The position numbers and the translations under genes are program-made. The notes under the pieces were generated by a model. It saw only the letters and a list, made by a program, of their open reading frames with translations. It was not told the DNA's origin and ran no database searches. Of a stretch of DNA of 47,837 nucleotides, positions 12,628-23,900 are shown piece after piece. The stretch comes from Octopus bimaculoides (lineage: Eukaryota): NCBI RefSeq assembly GCF_001194135.2, contig NC_068987.1:35544575-35592411 (forward strand). Reading direction: 5' to 3'. The first letter of the stretch is position 1. Each line of letters starts with the position of its first letter.

Positions 12628-12762
12628 AGTTTTTGTTATTGTTGCTGCTTTGTTTTTTTACAATCAATTCCAGGCAGGAATTTCAAGAGCGTGAAAGTTA
12701 GGCGATTTATGTGGCCATCGCTTTGTAACTTGTGATGTTATATTTAAAGTAAAACAAACTAA

Positions 12763-13368
12763 AAATAGTTTCAAATAGTACGGTCTGGTTGCATCGTGAC
12801 TGGAAAATGCTAGGGGTTCACTCCCCTACTTGCAATATATATCGGGTGCAAATTGCTTCGAATAACTTGCTGGGGGTTGTGCCAGCAGTAAAGCAGTAAC
12901 GTAGTAAAGTCTTTTCCCACGAAACAGTCATGTTGAAATGGCGATAAATGTTACTTATTTGTATAGTAACTATTTCATCTCTTATAGAAATGTTCTAACT
13001 AGCTACTTTGCTCGTTGCAAGATCAATGACTGGGTATAACTTATTTTCTGTATATTGTGTGCTGAAGTGACCTACTGTTATCTGAAACGAACGAGTATCC
13101 ACCAACGAGGATGACCACAAATAGGTGTAAACCGTACAGTCTGGTGGTCACGTGACTGGAACATGGTAGGATTCACTTCCCTGCTTGCAACATATATCGG
13201 GTGCAGATTACATCGAAAAACTAGCTGGATGAGGCGTCCACCTGAGGTTAAAATAGCAGTAACGTCGGTTGTTACGGACAGCCATGCTGGAGTGGCGATA
13301 AAAGTTACTTCTCAGTTTAGTTACTGCTTTCATCTCTTATATAGTTTGTCTTAACTAGGTAGTTTGCT
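12763..13368. repeat. Two diverged direct copies of a ~250-bp unit (12763-13012 and 13119-13368)
   Basis: Colinear shared blocks GTCTGGT..CGTGACTGGAA..TTCACT.CCCT.CTTGCAA.ATATATCGGGTGCA..TGGCGATAAA.GTTACTT..TTTCATCTCTTATA. Confidence 0.85.
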
Positions 13369-13837
13369 TGAGGCCAAAAGTATTTCCTTAAATGTTTCCT
13401 GTAATATTTGCCATTTGTAACGATCATAGTTGTTTCACATATCCGCTATTTTTTCTCGTTTTTTATTTATTATCATTATTATTTTTTTTTTTTGCTTATG
13501 GTACCGCATGTAACAATGAGAAAAAGTTTTGTAGTTCTGATGTTATAAGGATTCGTTGCACTTTCAGAAAGTATTCAATAGGGACGTTGATATTCCAAAG
13601 GCACCAATGTTGAAAGGTACAACTGTCATTCTTATACGTCAACATTTTAACGTCAATGTTCTATTTATGAAGGAGTTCAATCTTTCTGTCATGGAGTTGC
13701 TATCGCACGGATGTAAGAGAATAACCCTCCAACGGGGGGTGTGCAGTTCTCTGTCACGTACACTTCATGGAAAGTGGATAATCGCTCTTATGAATCCCAG
13801 GGCTTGACGCAATTAAATATATAGTGGTTAATGGTGA

Positions 13838-13904
13838 GGGTTAGGGTTAGGGTTAGGTGATCTCATATCAAGTCATGCGCAGTCTGACTTGATATGAGAT
13901 CACC
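13838..13904. repeat. Interstitial (TTAGGG)3 fused to a perfect 20-bp hairpin
   Basis: GGGTTAGGGTTAGGGTTAGG, then GGTGATCTCATATCAAGTCA (13856-13875), 9-nt loop, TGACTTGATATGAGATCACC (13885-13904). Confidence 0.9.
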
Positions 13905-14868
13905 ATGTCTTGTATGTTCAAAGTAGGCCCATTCGCACAAACCTTTGTTGCCACATTCACCCTCCTTCCAACAAAATTACTACGGGACCACACATTCAAC
14001 TCTTACCTTACTTTCCTTTTCAAGAAGAACTTGAAAAGGTTGATGATTGCATCAACGAAGAGCCAAGAATCTATCTCCAGTTCTTTCCACCATGCTATCT
14101 CTTTCACCACAGTTAACAGAGAGAGGAAGACGGCCGGCTCTTCCCGGCCAAAAGTAGGCGGTGGTGCGATGGCTACGGTGAACGTGTATGATAACCAAAT
14201 CCGTCCTACACTCGTCAATAGCTATTCAACGATTTTCCATGAATTAGCCCTGCCTGGACACTGTGGGAGTGCGTGCAGAACGGTTTGATCACCCTGCACA
14301 CATCTTGGACAAGTTAGTCGCACAGCAATTCCGTTCCTGTAGAACCGGCAGAACCCTTTGTTAGCACTGCGATGCCAGGGATTGCTGGAAAATAATCCAT
14401 AGATCCCTCCGGGAAACACCAACTGATTGATCTCCTCCAACGCCCACAGTTTTCCGAGGCGTCGTCTCACTTGCTCGACACAAATCATCAATCTAGGGAT
14501 GTCCCTCAATACAACCAGCTTCCGAAGGAATGGCTGGAGAACCAGCACCTGCGGAAAAGGCAAGAATGGGCATTCTTTTCGAAGTGAACGTGCGATTCTA
14601 AACGATTCTCATAGGTGTCCATTTACGTTAACTTCTGAACAAATGTCAATGACCATTACACCGGACCAGTCACTGAAAACGGAACCAAAAGACAGCCTCC
14701 AATTATTGGTGGTCTATCCTATTTACAGCTTTTGTTTGACTTGCCCCAAATTGATAACGGCTCCATTCTTGCCAGTTTACTTAATAACATCGTCTATGAT
14801 GTAACGCTTGAGGTGGAGTTTATCGTGGATAAAACTGTTTGGTATTGCGTAAGTCTGCGGATCACTAG
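13905..14868 (-). mobile_element. Tx1-like (L1 clade) LINE ORF2 remnant, internally deleted
   Basis: QTYAIPNSFIHDKLHL..GAVINLGQ..KAVNRIDHQ..VNVNGHL*ESFRIARSLRKECPFLP (RT N-half) joined near 14480 to the C-terminal zinc finger TCPRCVQGDQTVLHALPQCP and ...FKFFLKRK. Confidence 0.85.
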
Positions 14869-15069
14869 GGATTTTTGACATATATTCTCTTGTTTGTGAC
14901 ATTGTTTTAACATTGTTTCTCAGAAAATCGTTCAGTTTACAAACAATATCTTTCATATCCAGTAAACGTGGAATCTATTTATATTTTATGGTTGGTATAT
15001 TAACTTTTATGACATACTATACGAGGTTCTGTTTTTCATTTGTGCGTGTGAATAGTCTTTCATCTACAA

Positions 15070-16460
15070 ATACTCAGAACTTTAGGAGACACTCACCCTG
15101 CTGACAGCAACGTATAATTACTCGTATATTAATACAGGTTCCGGAAGTTGCAATCCACAATCTTAAAAAGTTTGTCCTTGACTCTTATTTGTCATAACGC
15201 CTTGCAGGAGTTTATAATCTTCTTACAATGTATAGTTTCAGACGATAGAAGGAAAATCTGGGGAAACATCAGTACACTCGATACGTCAATTCAATCTTTA
15301 AATTTGATGAGGGTCAAAAAATAGTAAGTAATGTTGAGAACCGTGTATGGAACACCACTGCCATGACTATTCCACTGGCATGAGTCTCAGAGAATAATTA
15401 CTTGAGAGTCTTTCTTTATTTTGGTGATGTGTTGGGCATGGATAATATCTAGTGAAATCAAAGATCTTACGGTTTACCTCTATTACAGAAAGAAAATGAG
15501 TTTGGACAAACAAATATTTTCTACAATTACGTTATGTTCACATGGGCCAGTAAGTCTTCCAAAACACAAGATTGGACATCTTGTATTGGTTACTCCCAAA
15601 TCTATTTAAAAACTCATATTGATATTTCAGGACAAATTATTACATTGGATTCTCTTGAAATTAAATTGCAGTTAAATACCTCAAATATTAAACGTGATGT
15701 TGATTTAAAAATTTTTGTTTCTATAACCACGGCATCTTCGTAATGCATTAGAATATTTCTCAAGCTGTCTACAAATGTGTTTTGGAAAACGCATTGAATT
15801 CCACTCACATCAGTATCCCATGCAATATTTGCATCTGCCAGATTATTGCAAAGTTTTGCTTGCTGGGCTTTTTGATTCTTTCGAATATACTTCAAAAAAA
15901 TAAATAATAATAGGCTGGCGCTCTAGTCTATAAACAAAAACAGATGGCCCGGCTGGTGCCCGTGATGTAACATATTTACCGACTCAGCTTTGGAAATTAG
16001 AAAATTTCAGATATGTCATATTTCTTCCACAAATTTGGTTAAGTATATTGAAATACAATGCGTCTAAGTTATGTGAGACTCGATGAGAATTGTTAAATAT
16101 GTAAAGTATGAACATTTGCAAAAGGTAAAACTTAATTCTGGAATACAGATTAAATCAAATTTACGGCATATACTAAAATAAGCTTCAACTGATTTTACTT
16201 TAGTCTTTTCTTCCGTGAAAACTAGAGTGCTACAATGCCGATATCTTATGTCCATTAAACCACAACAAAGATTAGTTAATTTGACTGCTACTTTGAGAAT
16301 CGATTCTAGCTTACGTTGCTTTGCTATATTCAACATTCTCCTTTGTCTTTTTATGCCGATTAATTCCATACTATGCTGTGAGTTTCCGTCTTGATCCACA
16401 ATAGAGTCGGTATCGTGCCTGAGAATCCTGCTCAGCATTTTGTTGTAATTCATCTTAGAT
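15070..16460 (-). mobile_element. Internally deleted, degenerate Helitron
   Basis: N-terminal GLMDIRYRHCSTLVFTEEK..FSIC..IPEL and GPSVF; Helitron_like_N block YIRKNQ..AKLCNNLADA..DTD..NTFVDSLRNILMHYEDAVVI..FNCN; PIF1 C-terminus EFLN..HITKIKKDSQVIIL..MTNKSQGQTF..LYVAVSRV. Confidence 0.85.
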
Positions 16461-17219
16461 TTTTCTTCTTTGGATAAAATATGCCAAGTAGGTTGTTCGC
16501 ATGCTTCTCTAATTTACATAGCATTTTGCTCGTGAATACATCCGTGACCTTCTTTTCCCATTGCATTTCCTTCAGGTTTATTATCTTGTTTTCCATTTAG
16601 TTTCTGTTTCATCCTTTATTTTCTTCTTCGTTACACGGTACCTTCATTTTGCTGCGTCGTTCCGATGGAGTTTCTATTCCTTATTCATTTTTGCCTATTT
16701 GCTCAATACAATTTACCTAAAAAAACATGAATTGCATACGAGCAAAAAAAAAATCGTTTGCGAATAAATAGATTGACAAAATTGATCTGATGAATGATAA
16801 CCGGTTACCTTACTATTCCATTTCCTGTTAATATATTTCATCATTATTATACACACACGCATACACACATACAAACAGACACACATACACACACAATCAC
16901 ACGCATATTCATATGCTTCAATACACACATAAATATTAATAATATAAATATATAGCAAATATAGATATGCCACAGGATGGACCTCCCAAATCTAGACAAC
17001 AGTATCTAAGTGTTATCTAAAATAACCACAGAGAAAAACAATCAATAACAATGTACGCTATCTCCATAAATCATGATTCCATACACACTGTCCACTTCAC
17101 TAGATTGAAGCGCAACTCAGAGTAAAGTAGCTAAAACATAAAATACCACAAATAAGCATATGAATTGTACCAATCATCAGCTGCCAAATGGATATCATAT
17201 ATACATATACATACATGCA

Positions 17220-17267
<48 letters not shown>

Positions 17268-17779
17268 NNNNNNNNNNNNNNNNNNNNNNNNNNNNNNNNN
17301 NNNNNNNNNNNNNNNNNNNNNNNNNNNNNNNNNNNNNNNNNNNNNNNNNNNNNNNNNNNNNNNNNNNNNNNNNNNNNNNNNNNNNNNNNNNNNNNNNNNN
17401 NNNNNNNNNNNNNNNNNNNNNNNNNNNNNNNNNNNNNNNNNNNNNNNNNNNNNNNNNNNNNNNNNNNNNNNNNNNNNNNNNNNNNNNNNNNNNNNNNNNN
17501 NNNNNNNNNNNNNNNNNNNNNNNNNNNNNNNNNNNNNNNNNNNNNNNNNNNNNNNNNNNNNNNNNNNNNNNNNNNNNNNNNNNNNNNNNNNNNNNNNNNN
17601 NNNNNNNNNNNNNNNNNNNNNNNNNNNNNNNNNNNNNNNNNNNNNNNNNNNNNNNNATGTACGTATGTTTGCACACACACTCGCACACGCGCACACACAC
17701 ATATTTATTTATTTATATATACATATATATTATCATACGTATGTGCGAGATGCGTTCAATACGTAACCAACTTTATTTC

Positions 17780-18950
17780 TTCCTACCAAAGTTCCTACTG
17801 GTGAAGCACTATCGGTGATTCAAAAAAAAATAGTGAAAGACATCCATCTAAAAGAACGCACTAATATACCAATAAGAAATCTGATGAAAATGTTGACCTT
17901 TTGTGTAGAAATTACCTACCTCAGTATGGACACTGATATATATCGACAAGAAGAGGGTTTGGCTATGGGTTTGCCATCATTGCCGATAATAGCCAATATA
18001 TACATGGAATGCTTTGAGAATTTGGCTTTAGGATTAACATCGCTAAAACCAACCCTATGGCTGCGATATGTTGATGACACCTTTACACTCTGGCCCCACT
18101 AACCAGATGTCCAAGTGATGTTGGATCATGTGAACTCGATAAGCCATCCATACAGTTCACAATGGAAAAGAAAAAAGACAGTCAGCTGGCATTCCTGGAC
18201 GTATTAATAACACGCACCAAGTATGGGTTCAGGATATCCGTATACTACAAGCTGACTTTCACTGGAAGATACCTCAATCTCAATTCCCACCATCCATTCA
18301 GTGTAAAGAGAGAGATTGCTCAGTGTCTAAAACATCGAGCAAAGAATATAAGCAGTGATCGTGATACCCACCACGAAAAAATGATCAAGCTAAGTAATAA
18401 TTTTTTTAGTAACAACTACTCCAAAAACATACTATCCACTCCAATTATGAAGAAAAGAGAGGATGAAACCAATGTACTGTCCACAGTCTGTCTACCCAAT
18501 GTGAAAGATTTCTCCGAAAAGATACAAAAGATATGCGGCCCATATGATATCAGAGTAATACAACACTTCGCAAATATCTCCTTCGAATAAAACCACAAAT
18601 GGAAGAGAATATGGCCAAAGACTGTGTGTACTCCATCCTATGCAGCTGTGGTAGGTTATACAAAGGCGAAACATGACGCCCCCTCAAAATAAATGTAGAT
18701 GAACATCCCAACGCTGTGACACGGGGAGACATCGATAAACCGGGTATAGTTTATCATGTATGGAAAATGATGACCACCTCCCTATGTGAATGAAGTTAAA
18801 ATAATAGATAGAGAACAGCACTGAAAAATAAAAAAAAATTAAAGAAGCAGCACATATGCTACGACACAACAACCTCCTAAGCAGATCGACTGCAGATATG
18901 AGTAGCATATAGGAACCGGTATTAAGAAAGAATAAGAAAATATTAGATTT
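17780..18950 (+). mobile_element. Penelope-like element (Penelope/Poseidon type), RT plus GIY-YIG, 5'-truncated and decayed
   Basis: TKVPT..YRQEEGLAMGLP..ANIYME..WLRYVDDTF; FLDVLI..TGRYLNLNSHHP; GIY-YIG CVYSILCSCGRLYKGET*RPL..EH; stops and frameshifts. Confidence 0.93.
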
Positions 18951-19081
18951 ATAAGCCCTAAAATTCACTACGGGCATATGGCATAGTGTTTAAGAGTGCG
19001 GGCTACTAACCCCAAGATTCCGAGTTCCATTCCAGGCAGTGACCTGAATAATAATGATAATAATAATAATAATAATAATAA

Positions 19082-19447
19082 CGGAACCTAAAGACTAAAA
19101 CCATACCTATTGTCATAGGTGCCCTGGGAATGACAGCGAAACGGGCTGATTACTACCTAGCTCAGATACCAAGAAACCCCAAAATGGTTGAAGTTCAAAA
19201 GATAGTGCTCATGGGAACTGCCCATATCCTACGTAAAATACTGTCTACGTAATCTCAAATTTTAAAACAAACACATAATTTTCTTATGGTTTCTTAAACA
19301 TCATCTAGAACAACACTATGTACAAATCCAAATATATGGTACCCTACGCATAACACCTACATGAACTTCTAACTAGTTGTCTCTTGAGGTCTCTGGGTGA
19401 GACTTGGATCCAACTTGTACAAATGCAAAGCAAAAGTCAAACATAAA
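19082..19447 (+). mobile_element. 5'-truncated Dong-like lineage B 3' end inside (AAT)n
   Basis: NLKTKTIPIVIGALGM..VQKIVLMGTAHILRKILST* plus the same 3'UTR as 6405-6600; AAT runs on both sides. Confidence 0.9.
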
Positions 19448-19510
19448 ATAATAATAATAATAATGAAAAATACCTTAGGAATGAGAACCCAGGTTCGAAA
19501 TTTCCCCAAG

Positions 19511-19552
19511 ACACCTGATGAAGGCTGGAGGCTATATCAGCCGAAACGTGTT
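19511..19552 (+). ncRNA. Minimal type I hammerhead ribozyme motif (this copy probably inactive)
   Basis: ACAC-CTGATGA-A-GGCTG[gaggctatat]CAGCC-GAAA-CGT-GTT: conserved core, 5-bp stem II, palindromic ACGT helix III; ~3 nt appear deleted at the cleavage site relative to the 31648 copy. Confidence 0.65.
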
Positions 19553-19789
19553 AACAACAAACAAGATAAGGACAAATATCCGACACATGTAAATAATGTA
19601 CATAATTCCTCATCTCTTAAATATAGAACTGAATAATAACATCAACAACACCACCAACAACAGCACCACCCACAACAATGACAAGAACAATCACAACAAC
19701 AACAAGAACAATAACAACAATGAACATGACACCAGCAGCAGCAACCGTAACAACGACAACTACAATGAGAGTAATATCGGTAGCACTCT

Positions 19790-20790
19790 ACACTGTGTCT
19801 TCTGTAAGCCCAACAACAAAACATACATGACAAAGATATACTCCACAGACGTACCCTTCAACAAAAAGGTGTGTATCCCGCAACAGACTGATAGTGAGAC
19901 AGAGGCAAAGATTTCCTTAGCTAAAAATAGACTCCAACACAACACAACAGTACAACAACACTAAAAAAACATATTGGGGGGAAGACACTCCAAATCAGTT
20001 CATCTGTTGCCAAAGACCTACAAAAACTGAAACAATGAATTAGGAACAAGGTATTAGTGTGCCTCCATACGGACAAGTCCAGAAGACTGTCGATACACAA
20101 CCCACAGAATAGTGTCCAGACTACGCAATAACACGAGTGGCATGAGAGGATTTGCACCACAGGAACATGAAAGAGTAGAATGAAAATGTGGTGCAACATA
20201 CTCCAAATCAAGAAACGGACTGCACATATTTCCAACAACGGTGTTCCTATGCTATACGGGTTACGTAAGGACAATAAACCCTACGTAAACCCTGTTAAGA
20301 AGCCCCCAAACTGGCCTGTTGGTGGAGCGAATATCTCCACCAATTATAAGCTATCCTACTTCCTCCCACAGGTGATAGGGCCAATCATTTTAATGTTCCC
20401 GGATGTCTTTGTAAGCACGGAGGATCTCTTCAGTAGAATCAGTAGTTGCAACCACTCCAACGGTCTCATAGGTTGCGTAGTGGGTTGTATGGATGTAGTT
20501 TCAGTCTACCCATTGAGTAGCTGGACCATAACTACCCAGAACCCTGAGAAAAACAATCAGGTGAAATGAGTGACTGCACATGCAATAGGGGCAGGCATAA
20601 GAAACGCATTGAAGAACCACAAAGTAAAGTTTAACAGGAAACTATACATGCATGTTCAAAGTGCAGCCATTGGTGTCGGTGTGAAAGGAGATGTGATCGG
20701 CCTCTTCATGACCTGGAGGTACAGAAAACTTAAACAATCCTTAGCTGAACAAGCCACAAATGTTTTTCTGTACCGTAGGTAAGTAGATAG
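19790..20790 (+). mobile_element. Penelope-like RT fragment of a second type (Neptune/Naiad-like), decayed
   Basis: PMLYGLRKDNK..PVGGAN..NYKLS..STEDLFSRISSCN..VGCMDVVSVYP; ..LYMHVQSAAIG..LFMTW..LYRR*VD (broken YVDD). Confidence 0.75.
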
Positions 20791-20834
20791 ATGCCGGAAA
20801 TAACAAAAATCATGCAAAAACAGCAGCAGTATTA

Positions 20835-20920
<86 letters not shown>

Positions 20921-23900
20921 GTTGTTGTTGTTGTTGTTGTAATAGCAGTAGCAGCAGTATAATGGCTTTTGTGTTCTCTTGTGTTGAACATTCATTATTA
21001 ATTCAAGTCATGTTTATCGGAAATAACAGGGAGTCGTAGGAGAATTTTGTCGAAATTACCGCCAACATCATTTTGCATCACACAAACAGTATGGTAGAAA
21101 TGACACACATAGGTACAATCAGAAAAGCAAACACACACTAGTTTAAAATAAAGAGAAATATGTGTAGGAGCTGACGCACAGATAAGGAGACAGAAATACA
21201 GTTAGGTGTGCACATACATAAAAACATTTATACTACTATATCTGCATACATACATGCATACATACAAGCATGCCCACATACAGACACATATATACACACA
21301 TATTTATATATATACAGGCGTGTATATGTATATGCATACACATATACGCACATATATATACACACACNNNNNNNNNNNNNNNNNNNNNNNNNNNNNNNNN
21401 NNNNNNNNNNNNNNNNNNNNNNNNNNNNNNNNNNNNNNNNNNNNNNNNNNNNNNNNNNNNNNNNNNNNNNNNNNNNNNNNNNNNNNNNNNNNNNNNNNNN
21501 NNNNNNNNNNNNNNNNNNNNNNNNNNNNNNNNNNNNNNNNNNNNNNNNNNNNNNNNNNNNNNNNNNNNNNNNNNNNNNNNNNNNNNNNNNNNNNNNNNNN
21601 NNNNNNNNNNNNNNNNNNNNNNNNNNNNNNNNNNNNNNNNNNNNNNNNNNNNNNNNNNNNNNNNNNNNNNNNNNNNNNNNNNNNNNNNNNNNNNNNNNNN
21701 NNNNNNNNNNNNNNNNNNNNNNNNNNNNNNNNNNNNNNNNNNNNNNNNNNNNNNNNNNNNNNNNNNNNNNNNNNNNNNNNNNNNNNNNNNNNNNNNNNNN
21801 NNNNNNNNNNNNNNNNNNNNNNNNNNNNNNNNNNNNNNNNNNNNNNNNNNNNNNNNNNNNNNNNNNNNNNNNNNNNNNNNNNNNNNNNNNNNNNNNNNNN
21901 NNNNNNNNNNNNNNNNNNNNNNNNNNNNNNNNNNATATATATACATATATACACACATACATGCGTGCATATGTATATGCATATGTACATACATTCATAT
22001 GAATGTGTGTATACTTAAGGAGATAAAACAAACAGTAAGACTCCATTAAATAGAAAGGCAGTAAAAATCAGTATAAGTAAACGATTTGTCGTTGGCCCCA
22101 GGCAAATCCATTTATATTCATTCTTCTGTTGTAAAGGGACCGACATTTCCAGAATTTCATCATCATCATCATAATCATCATCATCATCATCATCATCAAC
22201 ATTTTCTTGAAATCTACTAAAATTAAACTATAAAATGCAAAGAAATTAAAGGAAATATTTTTTACACACTTCACTTCTGTTTCTGAAAGGTGAACAGAAT
22301 GTAAACGGATAACAGGAATACAAATTGTACATACATACATACCCACTTCCATATAAACACACACGCACACACACACACACAACACACACACACACGCACA
22401 CACACACACACACACCAACACACACATACACATACATAGACACGCACACAAAAAATCACGCACATACACAGTCAAGAGGACTACATATCTACGACACACG
22501 ATATGTGTGCGTGTATTATACTATATATGTATGTATACGTTTGTACTAAGTTTGAATGCAGTTTTGTGTGTGCGCGTATGTGTGTGTTATGTTAGGAATA
22601 TGCGCAGGCATGCACACATGCATAGATGTATGTTTGTATGTACGTGTATGTGTGGACATACATACTTAGTATATTTATGAACAACAGTATAAGCAATTTC
22701 CAATTGAATACAAAACTATTATAAATAATATCCTATGTGGAAATGTAAAGAGTAATAGGAAGAACTGAAAGAGATTTATATGTATACTTAGAATGCTGTT
22801 AACCACAACTCTGAAGAAAATTACCTATCTATTGTTTTGTTTATTGAATCCTGCCCTTATACCATGTAATAGATCAACCGCTCATTCTTTATCGCAAGTA
22901 CACTATATAGGACTGTCTTGTGTCATAACTTCAATCAGATTTCGCATTTTAAAAATTTATAGTAGCTGCTGTTTTGTTCTGATTCTTTAGCGTCTAGGGC
23001 TACCTTACTAGAGCATACCACGTGTTGATAGAATATAAGTTGTTTTAAACCTGACCACTCTGTTCTTAACCACAGTTATTTTCTTCCAAGAAAGACATCT
23101 TTATTTTCATTTCTAACACTGTAGATATTGAATGTTAATGTGGATTAGCTACCGTGTTCAACATGCCCGTTGGTGCATGCATATAATACATATTGTAATA
23201 ATTCATCGTTGTATGCAGAATGTTTTTCATGAAGTCTGATGGGGGATTCGTTAGCTTGAATCTATTTACAGTTCATATTTAATTGATTGATCTAATGTGC
23301 TATACGTAGTCTACATCTTGTAAATCTAGGTTTATTACAGTGTAAGTAAATCTATAACCTTGAACGTTTATTTCTATCTAAATCAGTATTTAGGTTATCG
23401 ATTACTGTCAAATAGGGGTCGAGATGAAACGAATTGCCAGAAACACAAGACAGCATATTTCTAATTGAAAATATATTTATTTGATGTTTCCACTTATATC
23501 TTTTAATAGACCACACAACAGAGTTTTTACTGCCGGTCATCCATGAATACGCCAGTGCATTCAATGCCTTAACAAAAAATCATTTAAGTGTTATTAAAGA
23601 ATTTTAGAAGCAATAAACAAACATTTATGCACACACACGCACACATACACACACACATACACTCACACACACACGCACACATACACTCACACACATGCAC
23701 AAAACTTAGCCGTTAGCGTTTCTGCTGCACTTTTGTTTCGTAGATTCTGTTGCTGTGGCTGCTATAGCTTCTGTTATATTTGGTCACTTTTGTTCTGGTT
23801 GTAGTAGGTGAGATTGTGTTGCAGGAAAATTTTCTCGTGACTAGCATCATATATGTGGGATATGAATATTTAATCTCTATTAGTGAGCTTGATTAGATCT

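Larger units (their letters stand above)
18972..19631 (+). mobile_element. tRNA-headed SINE with (AAT)n linker and hammerhead-like 3' body, interrupted by a Dong 3' end
   Basis: A-box TGGCATAGTG and B-box-like GAGTTCCATTCC in head 18972-19046; body 19465-19631; head and body start are contiguous in the copy at 47640. Confidence 0.85.

Noticed and set aside
12079-13872. GTGAT(T/C)TCATATCAAG shared between the 580-bp element and the hairpin
   Set aside because: A 15/16 match is expected by chance among all position pairs in 48 kb of AT-rich DNA.
15614-16500. HMG-box/Maelstrom-like or GPCR-like reading of the ORFs at 16064-16453 and 15614-15895
   Set aside because: The similarity was superficial; three consecutive blocks match Helitron RepHel motifs in the right order.
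18972-19046. tRNA genes at SINE heads (also 43060-43138 and 47640-47710)
   Set aside because: No complete cloverleaf or acceptor stem, and each continues into a SINE body.
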